DNA of 64,000 nucleotides from an uncultured Candidatus Saccharibacteria bacterium (GTDB taxonomy: Bacteria; Patescibacteriota; Minisyncoccia; Phycocordibacterales; UBA918), in the NCBI GenBank assembly GCA_964402035.1, contig CAYOAM010000001.1, positions 179,558-243,557 of the forward strand, given 5' to 3'. Made by a program: the position numbers and the translations under genes. Positions 47,717 to 57,592 of this stretch are shown one piece after another; positions within the stretch are counted from its first letter, which is position 1, and every line of letters starts with the position of its first letter. The notes below the pieces were generated by a model. That model ran no database searches. It had not been told where the DNA came from and was given only the letters and a program-made list of their open reading frames with translations.

Positions 47717-48490
47717 CTATTTAACTTCTTTTAGGAATTTTTCTATGAGAGCGGCAGTCTCTTCTGTCTTTTGAAAAACGGATTTCCACACTACAACGAT
47801 ATCGGCGTCATTGAAAATAGAGCGTTGTACTTCGCGAGGAGTGTCACCTCCTGCAATCGAGATCATGACATTGTTGTAGTTGCCTTTGATGCGACGGATC
47901 TCATGGAGGGGTATCTCTTTTTCGTGGTTGAACTTTTCTTCGTCTACCCCACGATGGATGATGACGACAGCAGGAGCTTTCCTGAGTGCTCGTAGTGTGG
48001 CAAGAGGAAATTCGACGTGCATCATGTCGATCATGGCATCAAGTCCAAACGTGTCACAGCTTGCGATAAATGAATTTAACGTCTCGATGGGTGCCGTGCC
48101 GAGCGCGATAGCGGCACTAGCGCCACCTCTCCAGGCAATCTCTACTTCTGTCTCACCTCTGTCCATAGTCTTTAAATCGGCGACAACATAGGGGTAGATG
48201 GGTGTGCTTATTTTTTGGCCAGTCTCACTGTTTGCAGTCAACGATCGAGTCAGTAACTCTGAAAAAAAAGAATTCGGCGCTGCCGGTATCGTCGGTAGAC
48301 CGGTGAGATGTGCCTCATACCAGTCTCGGATTTGTCGAATGCCGTATTCGCCGTAGCGCTTGATGAGTGGTGTACCTGCTTCAACGATGATCCTATCACT
48401 TTTTGGCAGGCTCATAATGACCGCATACGCATCTTCAAGTGTGTTATTCAATGCCACTTGAAGATATCGCTTCTTAGGATTAAGTCTCAT
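47717..48490 (-). CDS. 3-hexulose-6-phosphate synthase-like (HPS/OMPDC TIM barrel) protein
   Basis: YLQVAL, IIVEAGTPLIKRYG, VADLKTMD, HRGVDEE, IAGG, ADIVVV. Confidence 0.75.
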   Translation of the reverse strand: MRLNPKKRYLQVALNNTLEDAYAVIMSLPKSDRIIVEAGTPLIKRYGEYGIRQIRDWYEAHLTGLPTIPAAPNSFFSELLTRSLTANSETGQKISTPIYPYVVADLKTMDRGETEVEIAWRGGASAAIALGTAPIETLNSFIASCDTFGLDAMIDMMHVEFPLATLRALRKAPAVVIIHRGVDEEKFNHEKEIPLHEIRRIKGNYNNVMISIAGGDTPREVQRSIFNDADIVVVWKSVFQKTEETAALIEKFLKEVK

Positions 48491-48542
48491 GATGAAATTC
48501 AATATGATCCTATTGTAGTGGCTTTCAATATATTTTGCTACG

Positions 48543-49598
48543 CTACTTTCCGCGCCCGTAGACTTCTTTAAGTCCCTTCACATGATCAGCGTACGTCACC
48601 GAGCAGTGAAAACCACCTTCAGGATCATGGAAATAGAACATGCAGTCAGTCTTGCGCGGATTAAGGGCCGCAAGTACCGCATCAAGTGATGCATTTGATA
48701 TGGGTCCCGGCGGTAGTCCTTTGTTTTTGTAGGTGTTGTACGGCGAGGCGATATATTTGTCACTTGGCACTACCCGTGGCCACCACGAAGCGCTTTTTGC
48801 CGCTTTTGCATACTGCAGAGTGGCATCAATTTGCAGATTCATGCCAATGAAGAGACGATTCCAAATAATACCGGATATGTCACGCATATCAGTAAAGTCA
48901 TATGCTTCTCGCTCGAGAAGAGAAGCTATTGTCAGTGCGTCCTTGAGCGGTACCACTTTTTCTATTTCGTACCCGTACCGTGCTTTTATTTGGGTATCAA
49001 AACGGTCATGGAGCAGTGTGGTCACATCTTCTGGTTCTGCATCACGTGCAACGACGTAGGTCCATGGGACAAACTTCCCATCTGAAATATTAAGATCTAC
49101 ATCAATCACTTGTGCCAGGAATTTGCTCTTTTGTGCGGCATTCCAGTTTAAGGTTCTTGCAAAGTGATTTGCTATTTCTTCTTTGCGTTCACCGGACTGA
49201 ATGACTAAGACGCGGCCGGTCGGTGATGCTAAGTTTTGATACCAAGCTTGCTGCGCGAGTTTTGCAAACGTATACCCAAACCATCCTGAACGCGAACTTA
49301 ATAATTTTGACTTTGTAGCAATATGTTCTTGAAAATAACTGTCAACGACGGGGTTTTCGGTAATCGTCTTTGAGCTTGGATCAACGCCAATCGGAAACGA
49401 TGCAAGTGGTACCGGTTTCCGCGCAAGCTCGGCGGCACGTTCTGCCTCGTACGCAATTTCTCGCGCTGTCGTTACCATATATGCGAAAACGCTTATGGCA
49501 GGAATCGCTATCAAAAGAAGACTTGCTGCTATAAAAAGCCGCAGTGTGAGATCATATTTCTTTGGTGGTATTATCGGCGGCAGCTTCTGCTTCTTCAT
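48543..49598 (-). CDS. mltG: Endolytic transglycosylase MltG/YceG
   Basis: IASLLEREA, IIWNRL..GMNLQIDAT, SPYNTYKNKGLPPGPISN. Confidence 0.9.
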   Translation of the reverse strand: MKKQKLPPIIPPKKYDLTLRLFIAASLLLIAIPAISVFAYMVTTAREIAYEAERAAELARKPVPLASFPIGVDPSSKTITENPVVDSYFQEHIATKSKLLSSRSGWFGYTFAKLAQQAWYQNLASPTGRVLVIQSGERKEEIANHFARTLNWNAAQKSKFLAQVIDVDLNISDGKFVPWTYVVARDAEPEDVTTLLHDRFDTQIKARYGYEIEKVVPLKDALTIASLLEREAYDFTDMRDISGIIWNRLFIGMNLQIDATLQYAKAAKSASWWPRVVPSDKYIASPYNTYKNKGLPPGPISNASLDAVLAALNPRKTDCMFYFHDPEGGFHCSVTYADHVKGLKEVYGRGK

Positions 49599-49669
49599 AT
49601 ATTGCTCGATTATCGCACATATGCGCTATTACGCGAACCATTTGGCACTGGTAGCGAGGGTGATACACT

Positions 49670-50908
49670 ATGCTGCGTATGAGTATATTTGTACAAGGCT
49701 ATTGTGCTGAATGTGGAGAAGTACCCATTCCGCATCGTATGGAAATCATTTCCCAGACGGCGGATATGTATTTACGGAAATTCTTCCTCACGCGATTTCT
49801 ATTTAATACGATTGAGCCACTGTTGTTTTCTGCGGGTCGTGGTGTACCTTTGGGTGTGTGGGAGTCCTTGCTTAATACTATGGCAAAGATGCGCATGGTG
49901 CGGACCTATGCAAGTGTGCAGCCTTTTCACGATACGCGCATGCAGGCACTGTACGAAGGTGCGGTAGCGACGGGGGTAACATTGACGCAGTACGCTATCG
50001 GCACGAATCACCTCTGTTTTATTGCGAAAAAAGAAATCGCAGGTACTGTAGAGAGTATTCTATTTCGTATCATCCCACGACCACACGGACACGCCTCTCC
50101 ATCACTGGCGTGGATGGATGATAAGGGTATTTTGAAACAAAAAATGAAAGCTGCTGATTTTCCGCATGCGGATGGGGGAGCCGCGCGCACGCGTTCGGAA
50201 GCACTTGCGATTTTTAGGAGGCTTGGTGTTGCAGTCATTGTGAAGCCGCATCAGGGGAGTCGTGGACGACACACGACACTTGATGTACGAACTGAAGATG
50301 AGCTACTCAAAGCATTTGATATTGCACGAGAGATTAGCACACATGCGGTGATAGAGCGGTATCTTCACGGGTCTGTGCATCGGGTTACTTTGGTCGGAAA
50401 GAAACCGGTTGCAATTGCACGACGTGAATATCCGCATGTTATCGGTGATGGGGTACACACGGTTGATGAACTTATTGATATTGAAAACGCTAAACCGCTC
50501 CGCCATAGTACTCACTTTCGACCCTTGGATAAAGAATATCGTGTTGCCGAAGCATTAAAAAAGCAAAATCTCACGCATGGGAGTGTTCCAAAATTCGGCG
50601 CGATGGTCATCATCAGTGACAAAAACAGCCGTTTTCATGGGACGATCACGGAAGATGTGACTGACACCGTGCATCCGGATAACATTGTGCTTTTTGAGCG
50701 TTTCGGTGCGTTTTTGGGCGACCCAATTGTCGGAGTCGATTTTATGATAGAAGATATGGCGCGTTCATGGAAAGAGCAGCCAGACGCAGGTGTGATTGAG
50801 TGCAACGCCATGCCGTTTATCGATGTCCACCACCAAGTAGCGAGCGGCCGCACCATAAACGTCGCGGCACATTTGTGGGATGTGGTGTTAAATAATTCTA
50901 GCAAATAA
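49670..50908 (+). CDS. ATP-grasp ligase related to the cyanophycin synthetase N-terminal half / GshAB domain
   Basis: DDKG, IVKPHQGSRGR, IERYLHG, VIGDGVHTVDELI..EN, EDVTDTVHPDN, VGVDF, IECNAMP. Confidence 0.8.
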   Translation: MLRMSIFVQGYCAECGEVPIPHRMEIISQTADMYLRKFFLTRFLFNTIEPLLFSAGRGVPLGVWESLLNTMAKMRMVRTYASVQPFHDTRMQALYEGAVATGVTLTQYAIGTNHLCFIAKKEIAGTVESILFRIIPRPHGHASPSLAWMDDKGILKQKMKAADFPHADGGAARTRSEALAIFRRLGVAVIVKPHQGSRGRHTTLDVRTEDELLKAFDIAREISTHAVIERYLHGSVHRVTLVGKKPVAIARREYPHVIGDGVHTVDELIDIENAKPLRHSTHFRPLDKEYRVAEALKKQNLTHGSVPKFGAMVIISDKNSRFHGTITEDVTDTVHPDNIVLFERFGAFLGDPIVGVDFMIEDMARSWKEQPDAGVIECNAMPFIDVHHQVASGRTINVAAHLWDVVLNNSSK

Positions 50909-50916
50909 AATAGAAA

Positions 50917-50941
50917 TCCCGCCCTTGTGGAAGGGGCGGGA
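50917..50941. terminator. Bidirectional terminator
   Basis: tcccgccctt...aaggggcggga between convergent genes. Confidence 0.6.
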
Positions 50942-50964
50942 GTAAGAGTTGCTTATTGTGAGGT

Positions 50965-51921
50965 TCAGCGTGCGGCTGCAGTGACGCCGCGTACCTGCTG
51001 ATCGACGTTCATGAACGGCATGACGTTCGACAGCATACTGGTAGGCAATTTGCCATCCCAACGTTCTGCCTTGCGCAGTTCGATGAGAGACAGATTTGAA
51101 GCCAAGGCTTCGGCTTGGGCACGAATAGCAAGTGCTTGCGCCTCACCTTGTATGCGGATTGCCTCAGCCTCTGCTCTGGCTGCAAGCAGGCGTGCATTGG
51201 CTGCACCGCGTGCTGATTCTTCAGCTGCATTGGCAGCACCAGCAGCATCGATTCGAGCACGGTCGGCTGTGATGACAGCACGACGACGTTCGTTGTCAGC
51301 CTGCTCTACGCCAGCTTTTGCTTTCGAAGCTTCGTTGTTTGCTTCACGAAACGTTTTGTTGAAGTCGACGTTCGTGATTTGGAAATCGACGATTTCCAGC
51401 TGAAACAGTGCGTTCGCATTCTCCTTGAAGACCTTGAATATGCGATCACGCACTTCTCCACGCTTTGAAGCGATTTCGCTCACATTGACGCGTCCGACTT
51501 CCGCCTTGAACCGATCGATTGCGAGAGATATCAGGCGCTGTTCGTAGTCAGGAACACGCTTGAACACATTCTCCACACTGTCGTTCGGAATGCGGTAGTT
51601 GACGGTGAAGAGCGCGTCGAGCTCTTGGTTGTCGACGGTATAGGTATTCACCTTATCAACTTGAAATGCTCGAATGTTTACAGGAAAGTCCACCACACCT
51701 TGGACGAATGGGATCTTGAAGTGGAGCCCTGGTCCTTTGACTGCGACAAATTGCCCGAACTGGGTCAATACCGCCCGCTCCGTCTCACGGACCGTGTAAT
51801 ATGATCCGAAGAAGGCCATGAGAAACGCCACGAACAGAACGCCCATGATAAGCCAGCGTGGCCTCACCGGTCTCATCATAAGACTTGTACGCCCGCTAAC
51901 CCCTTGTCCGTCTATCGTCAT
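50965..51921 (-). CDS. SPFH/prohibitin (HflC-like) protein
   Basis: YYTVRETERAVLTQFG...PGLHFKIPFVQ; Ala-rich AEAEAIRIQGEA; ERWDGKLP. Start is uncertain (51921 or 51879). Confidence 0.88.
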   Translation of the reverse strand: MTIDGQGVSGRTSLMMRPVRPRWLIMGVLFVAFLMAFFGSYYTVRETERAVLTQFGQFVAVKGPGLHFKIPFVQGVVDFPVNIRAFQVDKVNTYTVDNQELDALFTVNYRIPNDSVENVFKRVPDYEQRLISLAIDRFKAEVGRVNVSEIASKRGEVRDRIFKVFKENANALFQLEIVDFQITNVDFNKTFREANNEASKAKAGVEQADNERRRAVITADRARIDAAGAANAAEESARGAANARLLAARAEAEAIRIQGEAQALAIRAQAEALASNLSLIELRKAERWDGKLPTSMLSNVMPFMNVDQQVRGVTAAAR

Positions 51922-52122
51922 TTCAGCCTCGCATATATTAAGAACACCACGAAACCCACGTGGCATGGGGTACGTACTCACGGTGTATTCTAACATTAAG
52001 AATATATTGTGTCAAGCTTTCTGTGAAAGTTCATAAGCTAGCGAACTTTTACGTTACCCTTAAACAAGAATTTATTATTTGTTATAGTGAACAAAGATCC
52101 ACTCAACCTCAGGGGTGTCCCT

Positions 52123-52311
52123 ATGCGCAAAGGTATTTGGTTGTTCTTTCTCTCAATCGGATGGATGTTCGTCCCATCTTTCTACGGCACCAATCGAAAA
52201 CGTCGCAGACGTAAAAAACCTCGATCGTGGGCCGCACTCGGAGCCGATGCACGCAAGCAGGAGGAAGATAGAAGGCGTAAAGAACGAGATTTCCTCAATC
52301 TGTTGACCTAA
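52123..52311 (+). CDS. Small basic membrane-anchored peptide
   Basis: Hydrophobic N-terminus plus RKRRRRKK; terminator gccctgt/acagggc-tttttt at 52313-52338. Confidence 0.4.
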   Translation: MRKGIWLFFLSIGWMFVPSFYGTNRKRRRRKKPRSWAALGADARKQEEDRRRKERDFLNLLT

Positions 52312-52504
52312 AGCCCTGTATTCCACAGGGCATTTTTTGTATGATGAGTCAACATTTTACCGGCTCCTATGAGGATAAGATACCTGACGCCCTATTTGAA
52401 CCTTATTCCTGCAGTCTAATCGACTTATTTCACTCCTTCTTCGATAAATTGAAAGAGACCCCTTGATGTTATCGCAGGGTCTCGCGTCGATCGTATTTTT
52501 GGTT

Positions 52505-52750
52505 TCAGGATGCTGCAGTAGCGATCTGGGCGGCAACTGCCTGAGGATCAATCGCTGCTATAGCGACGGAATGATTCACCCATCCTTTGTCAACCGGATA
52601 GAGGGAGAGACACAACGTCATACCTTCATAGCTAGCTTCGACAGCCGTGATCGGTCGTGTGTATGTTTTTAGTGTTGCGGAGTGCGTCAGACCCCTACCC
52701 CCGACACGTAGAGCTAGGAGTGAAAATACGTAACCGTGCGAAGTGGACAT
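52505..52750 (-). CDS. Hypothetical protein
   Basis: AAAGGAG SD upstream; 81 aa. Confidence 0.45.
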   Translation of the reverse strand: MSTSHGYVFSLLALRVGGRGLTHSATLKTYTRPITAVEASYEGMTLCLSLYPVDKGWVNHSVAIAAIDPQAVAAQIATAAS

Positions 52751-52995
52751 AGGGCATTCTCCTTTGTTGCTGACTCTTTTCTAATGGTAACATATTAGCG
52801 TGGATATGTCAAGTATAACGCTGAGTTGCATAACGCGTCTAAAATGCGGATAGATATGAGTAAACCAAAAAATGTGCCAGATACTTTTTTTTGACATCTT
52901 TTCTCTTCTTCCTTGGAAGTGACTGCATATGTCCCAAATGCTTGAATATGGTGAACAGTAAGATTGATGGTGGCATGCAAATGGAACCTTACTAC

Positions 52996-53031
52996 AAAAC
53001 CCCTTGAACCAATGTAGGTTCAAGGGGTTTT
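52996..53031. terminator. Perfect 15-bp-stem hairpin, likely terminator of the minus-strand gene
   Basis: aaaaccccttgaacc-aatgta-ggttcaaggggtttt. Confidence 0.65.
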
Positions 53032-53047
53032 AAGTTTGTAGAATTAA

Positions 53048-53422
53048 CTACAGAGGAATGTGCTTTGCGAAAGCGCCGATGAAGGGGAGCTCTTGCTGCT
53101 TGTTTTGGACTACGTTCACAATTCCGATGATTGAGAATACAAGTGTGGCAATGTTGACGAGTGAAATAACCATGTAACCGAGGCCGTAGTATGCCATTGA
53201 TCCAAGAACCATTGCGGCGATTTCAATCACAAATAGTACTGCTCCTTGGCGTACGTGAAAAAGTACAAAAGGATCATCTTTTCCCATCATATAAGCGACG
53301 ACGACAAGAATACTTAAATACGACATGACACCAAACAATACATTCTTTTGCTTTGGATCAAGGGGTGTACCTTGCGTTGGTGTTGCGGATGTTTGTTCTG
53401 GTCCTTTTGCTTGCTCGTCCAT
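53048..53422 (-). CDS. DUF4870/Tic20-like membrane protein
   Basis: SYL...DPFVLFHVRQG...IIGIVNV...ELPFIG. Confidence 0.75.
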   Translation of the reverse strand: MDEQAKGPEQTSATPTQGTPLDPKQKNVLFGVMSYLSILVVVAYMMGKDDPFVLFHVRQGAVLFVIEIAAMVLGSMAYYGLGYMVISLVNIATLVFSIIGIVNVVQNKQQELPFIGAFAKHIPL

Positions 53423-53588
53423 AACGGTTATGAATCATTATCTAGATAATGATTTCAGTATACTATAATTAATTTTGAAACGTTTGGCATGTTGGGATTA
53501 TCTGTTGTACCCAGTTTTGTATTCGGACGGCTCAATGCTGCACGCATCTGGTGTAAAATATAACTACGTATATTTTTAATTTTTTTCT

Positions 53589-53855
53589 ATGCAGACTATT
53601 GTACTTGAAGAACTATCATCACCCGGGTGTCATAATTGCGCTGCATTTAAAGAGTTTTGGGAGACCATAAAAGGGGAGTGGCCCAATGTTGAGTTTAAAG
53701 AGATGAGCATTCTTGATCCACAGGGGCAGGAACTAGTCCAAAAACACCAGATTTTTGCCTCTCCAGGGATTATTCTCAATGGGGAGCTTTTTTCTACGGG
53801 AGGCGTCAACAAAGAAGATTTTGTTAAAAAATTAAAAGAATTATCAGGTTCATAA
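53589..53855 (+). CDS. Small thioredoxin-fold protein
   Basis: SPGCHNC; IFASPGIILNGE. Confidence 0.85.
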   Translation: MQTIVLEELSSPGCHNCAAFKEFWETIKGEWPNVEFKEMSILDPQGQELVQKHQIFASPGIILNGELFSTGGVNKEDFVKKLKELSGS

Positions 53856-53859
53856 ATAT

Positions 53860-56800
53860 ATGGCGGAACATCAACCCGTAGAAGCAACTGCGTCAGTCGA
53901 AATGCCCGCAAACCGCGCTCGCACGCTCCTCATCTTTGGTGCAATTAGTGTGTTTGCAGCCATGGTGTTTGGACTGCTGTACCTCTTTGTTATTGCACCG
54001 GCTGCACCTGGTAGTAGTCTCGGTTGGTTCCTGTTCTCATTTGCAACGGGTATTACGATGATCATCATGCCCTGCACTCTGCCGTTGGCATTTGTGATTG
54101 TGCCGCTATCGATGGGTAAGGGGCTTGTGAAGGGGATCTCGATGGCACTAGCTTTTGGGCTCGGTATCACGATCACGCAGAGTCTCTACGGTGTTGCAGC
54201 TGCTGTTTTGGGAAAGCTCGCTATCGGAGCGTTGGGTGCGGATCTTGAAGTCGTCAAAAACTGGGTGTATTTGGTTGCGGGTATCTTTGCGCTCGTTTTT
54301 GCTTTGAGTGAAATTGGTCTCATGAAGTTCCGCATGCCGACCTATACGGGTGCTGCACCAGCTTTTATTCAGCAACGCCGTGATGCTTTTAAAGCATTTT
54401 TGTTGGGGCTTTTCTTAGGAAACATTGGTATTGGTTGTCCACATCCTGCTACACCGTTATTGCTCATAGAAGCAGCATCAAGTGGCGATGTGCTGTATGG
54501 GTGGCTTTTGTTCCTCGTACATGCAAGTGGCCGTGTCTTGCCGCTCTTGTTGTTGGCATTTCTTGCTATTTTGGGAGTCAACGGTCTTAATTTCTTGGTT
54601 ACAAAAAAAGACGCTGTCGAACGAGCGACTGGTTGGGCGATGGTGTTTGTAGCAGGATTTATCCTTACTTTAGGTCTATTCACGCACGCATGGTGGGTTA
54701 ACTCAGGAATTCACACGATGTTGGAAAAAGTGACGCAGGAAAGTTACTTCAACGCACGATTTAACGACATGCTCAATTCGGCTGTTGCTCATAATCATGG
54801 TCTTGAGACAGGTACAGCAATGTTTGGCTTGCCGTTGTGGCTTGGAAACTGGTTCTTGGTTTCGGTATGGATACTACCTATCTGGTGGTGGTGGTTTAGA
54901 AAGCGTAAGTCATTGATGCAGAGTCCTGTTTTTCGTATCCAGGCACTTGAAGGAAGAATCGATGAACTTGAGAAAGAACGCCGACAGGTGGAGTCTATGG
55001 TAGCGCTTGATGAGGCTGAAGTTTCTTTTGATCTCAAAGTACACGAGGCCGAGATTGATCGATTGGAACAAATTCGACGAGCTGAGGAGGAGAAGGTGCA
55101 CTATTCAGAGAAGGGAGTATTGCAAAGCCCCATTGCTCAAACATATGAGATGAAGATGCTCTATACCGTCCGTAATTATCTCTTTGTTCTTTCAGTATTT
55201 ATTGTACTTGTCTTCGCGTACTTTTTGCCGACCAACTTCTATCTTGCGTCTATTTCTGGTATGGGTGGCCACGCTCATACACCAGTGGCTGTCTCAACAA
55301 GTACTACTCAGGCACTCATCCCGTTTTCGACTGATACTGCAAATCTTCCCGATGCGACATTGACACAAACAATCACCCTACAAGACGGTGGTACCTACAA
55401 GGTCAGTGCGGGGTATGTGAAAAGACAGTTAGGAAATCGTGTGCTGCGTATGATGGCGTACAACGGTTCGGTTCCGGGACCATTTATCCATGCTCCAGAA
55501 GGATCGACCGTGAACATTGAGTTCACCAATAACACCGACATCGATCAGACGATACATTCACACGGTGTGCGTGTTGACAATCTTTCAGATGGAGTCCCTG
55601 GGGTGACACAAGTGGCCGTTAAGCCCGGTGAGACGTACACCTACACTATTAACTTTAAGGATGTTGGAGTCTATTGGTTCCACCCGCATACGCGCGATGA
55701 TTATGGGCAAGAGTTAGGATTGTATGGAAATTATATTGTTGAGCCTTCTGATGAAAAATATTATTCACCTGTCAATCGAGAAATTCCACTCGTCATCGAT
55801 GACATATTGATTGAGAACGAGCGTATTGCTCCTTTCTATAAAGAATATACCGATCACGCGCTCTTGGGACGATTTGGAAATGAATTTTTGGTGAATGGCG
55901 CTGAAAACTTCACGACCAATGTAAAGATGGGTGAGGTAGTGCGCTTTATGGTGACGAACGTATCCAATGCTCGCACCTACAACCTCTCAATTCCTGGTCT
56001 CAAGATCAAACTTGTCGGGTCTGATGCAGGAAAATATGAGCGTGAGACATCTGTAGATTCTTTGCTACTCTCACCGGCAGAACGCGCGATTGTTGAAGTA
56101 TATTTTGAAAAGCCAGGTGTATTCACGCTGACGCACACAGATCCTTCAAACTCCGTAAAGCTTGCAACTTTTGGTGTATCGAGTGAAGAACGGGCAGACG
56201 TATCGTATGCAAAGGAATTTGCAGTCATGCGAACTGATACTTCAGCGACCACAACATATGCAGCAATACGCGCTATGCTTCCTGCTCTCCCACAAAAGAA
56301 TGTATTGATGACGGTGGATCTTGGTATGAATGCGGCAGCAATGAACCATGGTGCGCACGCACACGCCATGCCAGGTATGATGACCAGTGCAAGTACGAGC
56401 AATCCGTCAGGCATTCAGTGGGATGATGTAGGAAACACTGACACCATCAATACGACACAAAATGTGACGTGGAAATTGGTAGATTTGGAAAATAATCTCG
56501 TCAATGATGCCATCAACTGGAAGTTCAAGGTAGGGGAATTCGTGAAAGTGCGCTTCACGAATGACAAAATGGCGATGCATGTGATGCAGCATCCCATACA
56601 CTTCCACGGACAACGCTTTGTCGTACTGGCAAGGAATGGAGTACCCAATGACAACCTTGTCTGGAAAGATACAGCTTTGGTATTACCTGGCGAGACTGTC
56701 GATCTTGTTGTTGATATGAGCAATCCAGGTCTCTGGATGGCGCATTGTCATATCGTAGAGCACCTTCACGGCGGCATGATGCTGAACTTCCGCGTTGAAG

Positions 56801-57591
56801 ATCCAACGGGGTATGCAACAGGAGATGAATTTCGTGCGACCCTACCAAAAGTTGTGCCGATACCAAAATCTACAAACGGAATGTCGGGTATGGCAGGTAT
56901 GCCGGGAATGGGTGGCATGATGGGTACTGGGTTGTCGTTTGGTATGAGCACGTCGAGTATTTCATTTGCCATGGTCCTGCCTGAGAACAATTACACCGCT
57001 ATCCCTGAACGTGTATTTGTTCAAATGGGTAAAAAGCAAAATGTCGCCTTTGAGCTTGTGGATCGCAGCAATACGCCGATTCAATTGAGTAAAGATGTGC
57101 CACGCGCACTCTCAGTAACATTTGTAAAAAGCGATGATAGGGTAAAACTTGAAACGTACATCGGCAACACTGCATTTGATACGGTTGCAGCTCCTGCTGC
57201 TATGCCCATGGTCCCAAATGGTGCGCCGTTTGATGAATCTATGCCACACAGTCACCCAACCTCAATGTTCCCCTCACTCATACCTGTTGCCTCTGCGCAT
57301 GGGACAGTGAATGACGGACATGCGGGAGTCGCACCACTCACATACACCTACGCAGTGCCTGTAGTGTTCCCAGAAAAAGGAGTGTACCGAGCATTCGTCC
57401 AGTTTTTGCCGGTTGGTGGAAGCGAGATTCGTACTGTGTCTTTCAACATGGAAGTGGGCGCATCTGGATGGTCAGTAGACAATTACGGTTGGTCAAAAAC
57501 AAAGAAATGGTGGACATTATTGATCATCTCACTCATTACAATGTTGCCGCTGATTTACGGCGTGCGACGCTATATCGGTAACGAAAAATAA
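53860..57591 (+). CDS. Fusion: DsbD/CcdA-type TM domain, multicopper oxidase, His/Met-rich C-terminal domain, TM
   Basis: TM Cys motifs MPCTLP and GCPHP; full MCO ligand set HSHG, WFHPH, HPIHFHG, HCHIVEHLHGGM. Confidence 0.85.
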   Translation: MAEHQPVEATASVEMPANRARTLLIFGAISVFAAMVFGLLYLFVIAPAAPGSSLGWFLFSFATGITMIIMPCTLPLAFVIVPLSMGKGLVKGISMALAFGLGITITQSLYGVAAAVLGKLAIGALGADLEVVKNWVYLVAGIFALVFALSEIGLMKFRMPTYTGAAPAFIQQRRDAFKAFLLGLFLGNIGIGCPHPATPLLLIEAASSGDVLYGWLLFLVHASGRVLPLLLLAFLAILGVNGLNFLVTKKDAVERATGWAMVFVAGFILTLGLFTHAWWVNSGIHTMLEKVTQESYFNARFNDMLNSAVAHNHGLETGTAMFGLPLWLGNWFLVSVWILPIWWWWFRKRKSLMQSPVFRIQALEGRIDELEKERRQVESMVALDEAEVSFDLKVHEAEIDRLEQIRRAEEEKVHYSEKGVLQSPIAQTYEMKMLYTVRNYLFVLSVFIVLVFAYFLPTNFYLASISGMGGHAHTPVAVSTSTTQALIPFSTDTANLPDATLTQTITLQDGGTYKVSAGYVKRQLGNRVLRMMAYNGSVPGPFIHAPEGSTVNIEFTNNTDIDQTIHSHGVRVDNLSDGVPGVTQVAVKPGETYTYTINFKDVGVYWFHPHTRDDYGQELGLYGNYIVEPSDEKYYSPVNREIPLVIDDILIENERIAPFYKEYTDHALLGRFGNEFLVNGAENFTTNVKMGEVVRFMVTNVSNARTYNLSIPGLKIKLVGSDAGKYERETSVDSLLLSPAERAIVEVYFEKPGVFTLTHTDPSNSVKLATFGVSSEERADVSYAKEFAVMRTDTSATTTYAAIRAMLPALPQKNVLMTVDLGMNAAAMNHGAHAHAMPGMMTSASTSNPSGIQWDDVGNTDTINTTQNVTWKLVDLENNLVNDAINWKFKVGEFVKVRFTNDKMAMHVMQHPIHFHGQRFVVLARNGVPNDNLVWKDTALVLPGETVDLVVDMSNPGLWMAHCHIVEHLHGGMMLNFRVEDPTGYATGDEFRATLPKVVPIPKSTNGMSGMAGMPGMGGMMGTGLSFGMSTSSISFAMVLPENNYTAIPERVFVQMGKKQNVAFELVDRSNTPIQLSKDVPRALSVTFVKSDDRVKLETYIGNTAFDTVAAPAAMPMVPNGAPFDESMPHSHPTSMFPSLIPVASAHGTVNDGHAGVAPLTYTYAVPVVFPEKGVYRAFVQFLPVGGSEIRTVSFNMEVGASGWSVDNYGWSKTKKWWTLLIISLITMLPLIYGVRRYIGNEK

Positions 57592-57592
57592 T

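Noticed and set aside
49670-50908. Complete cyanophycin synthetase cphA
   Set aside because: Only about 410 aa, lacking the Mur-ligase half, and no cyanophycinase nearby.
52880-53031. 6S RNA, suggested by ccttgaacc...ggttcaaggg
   Set aside because: The motif is a local perfect hairpin at the end of a convergent gene, and I could not find the long rod-like pairing of 6S.
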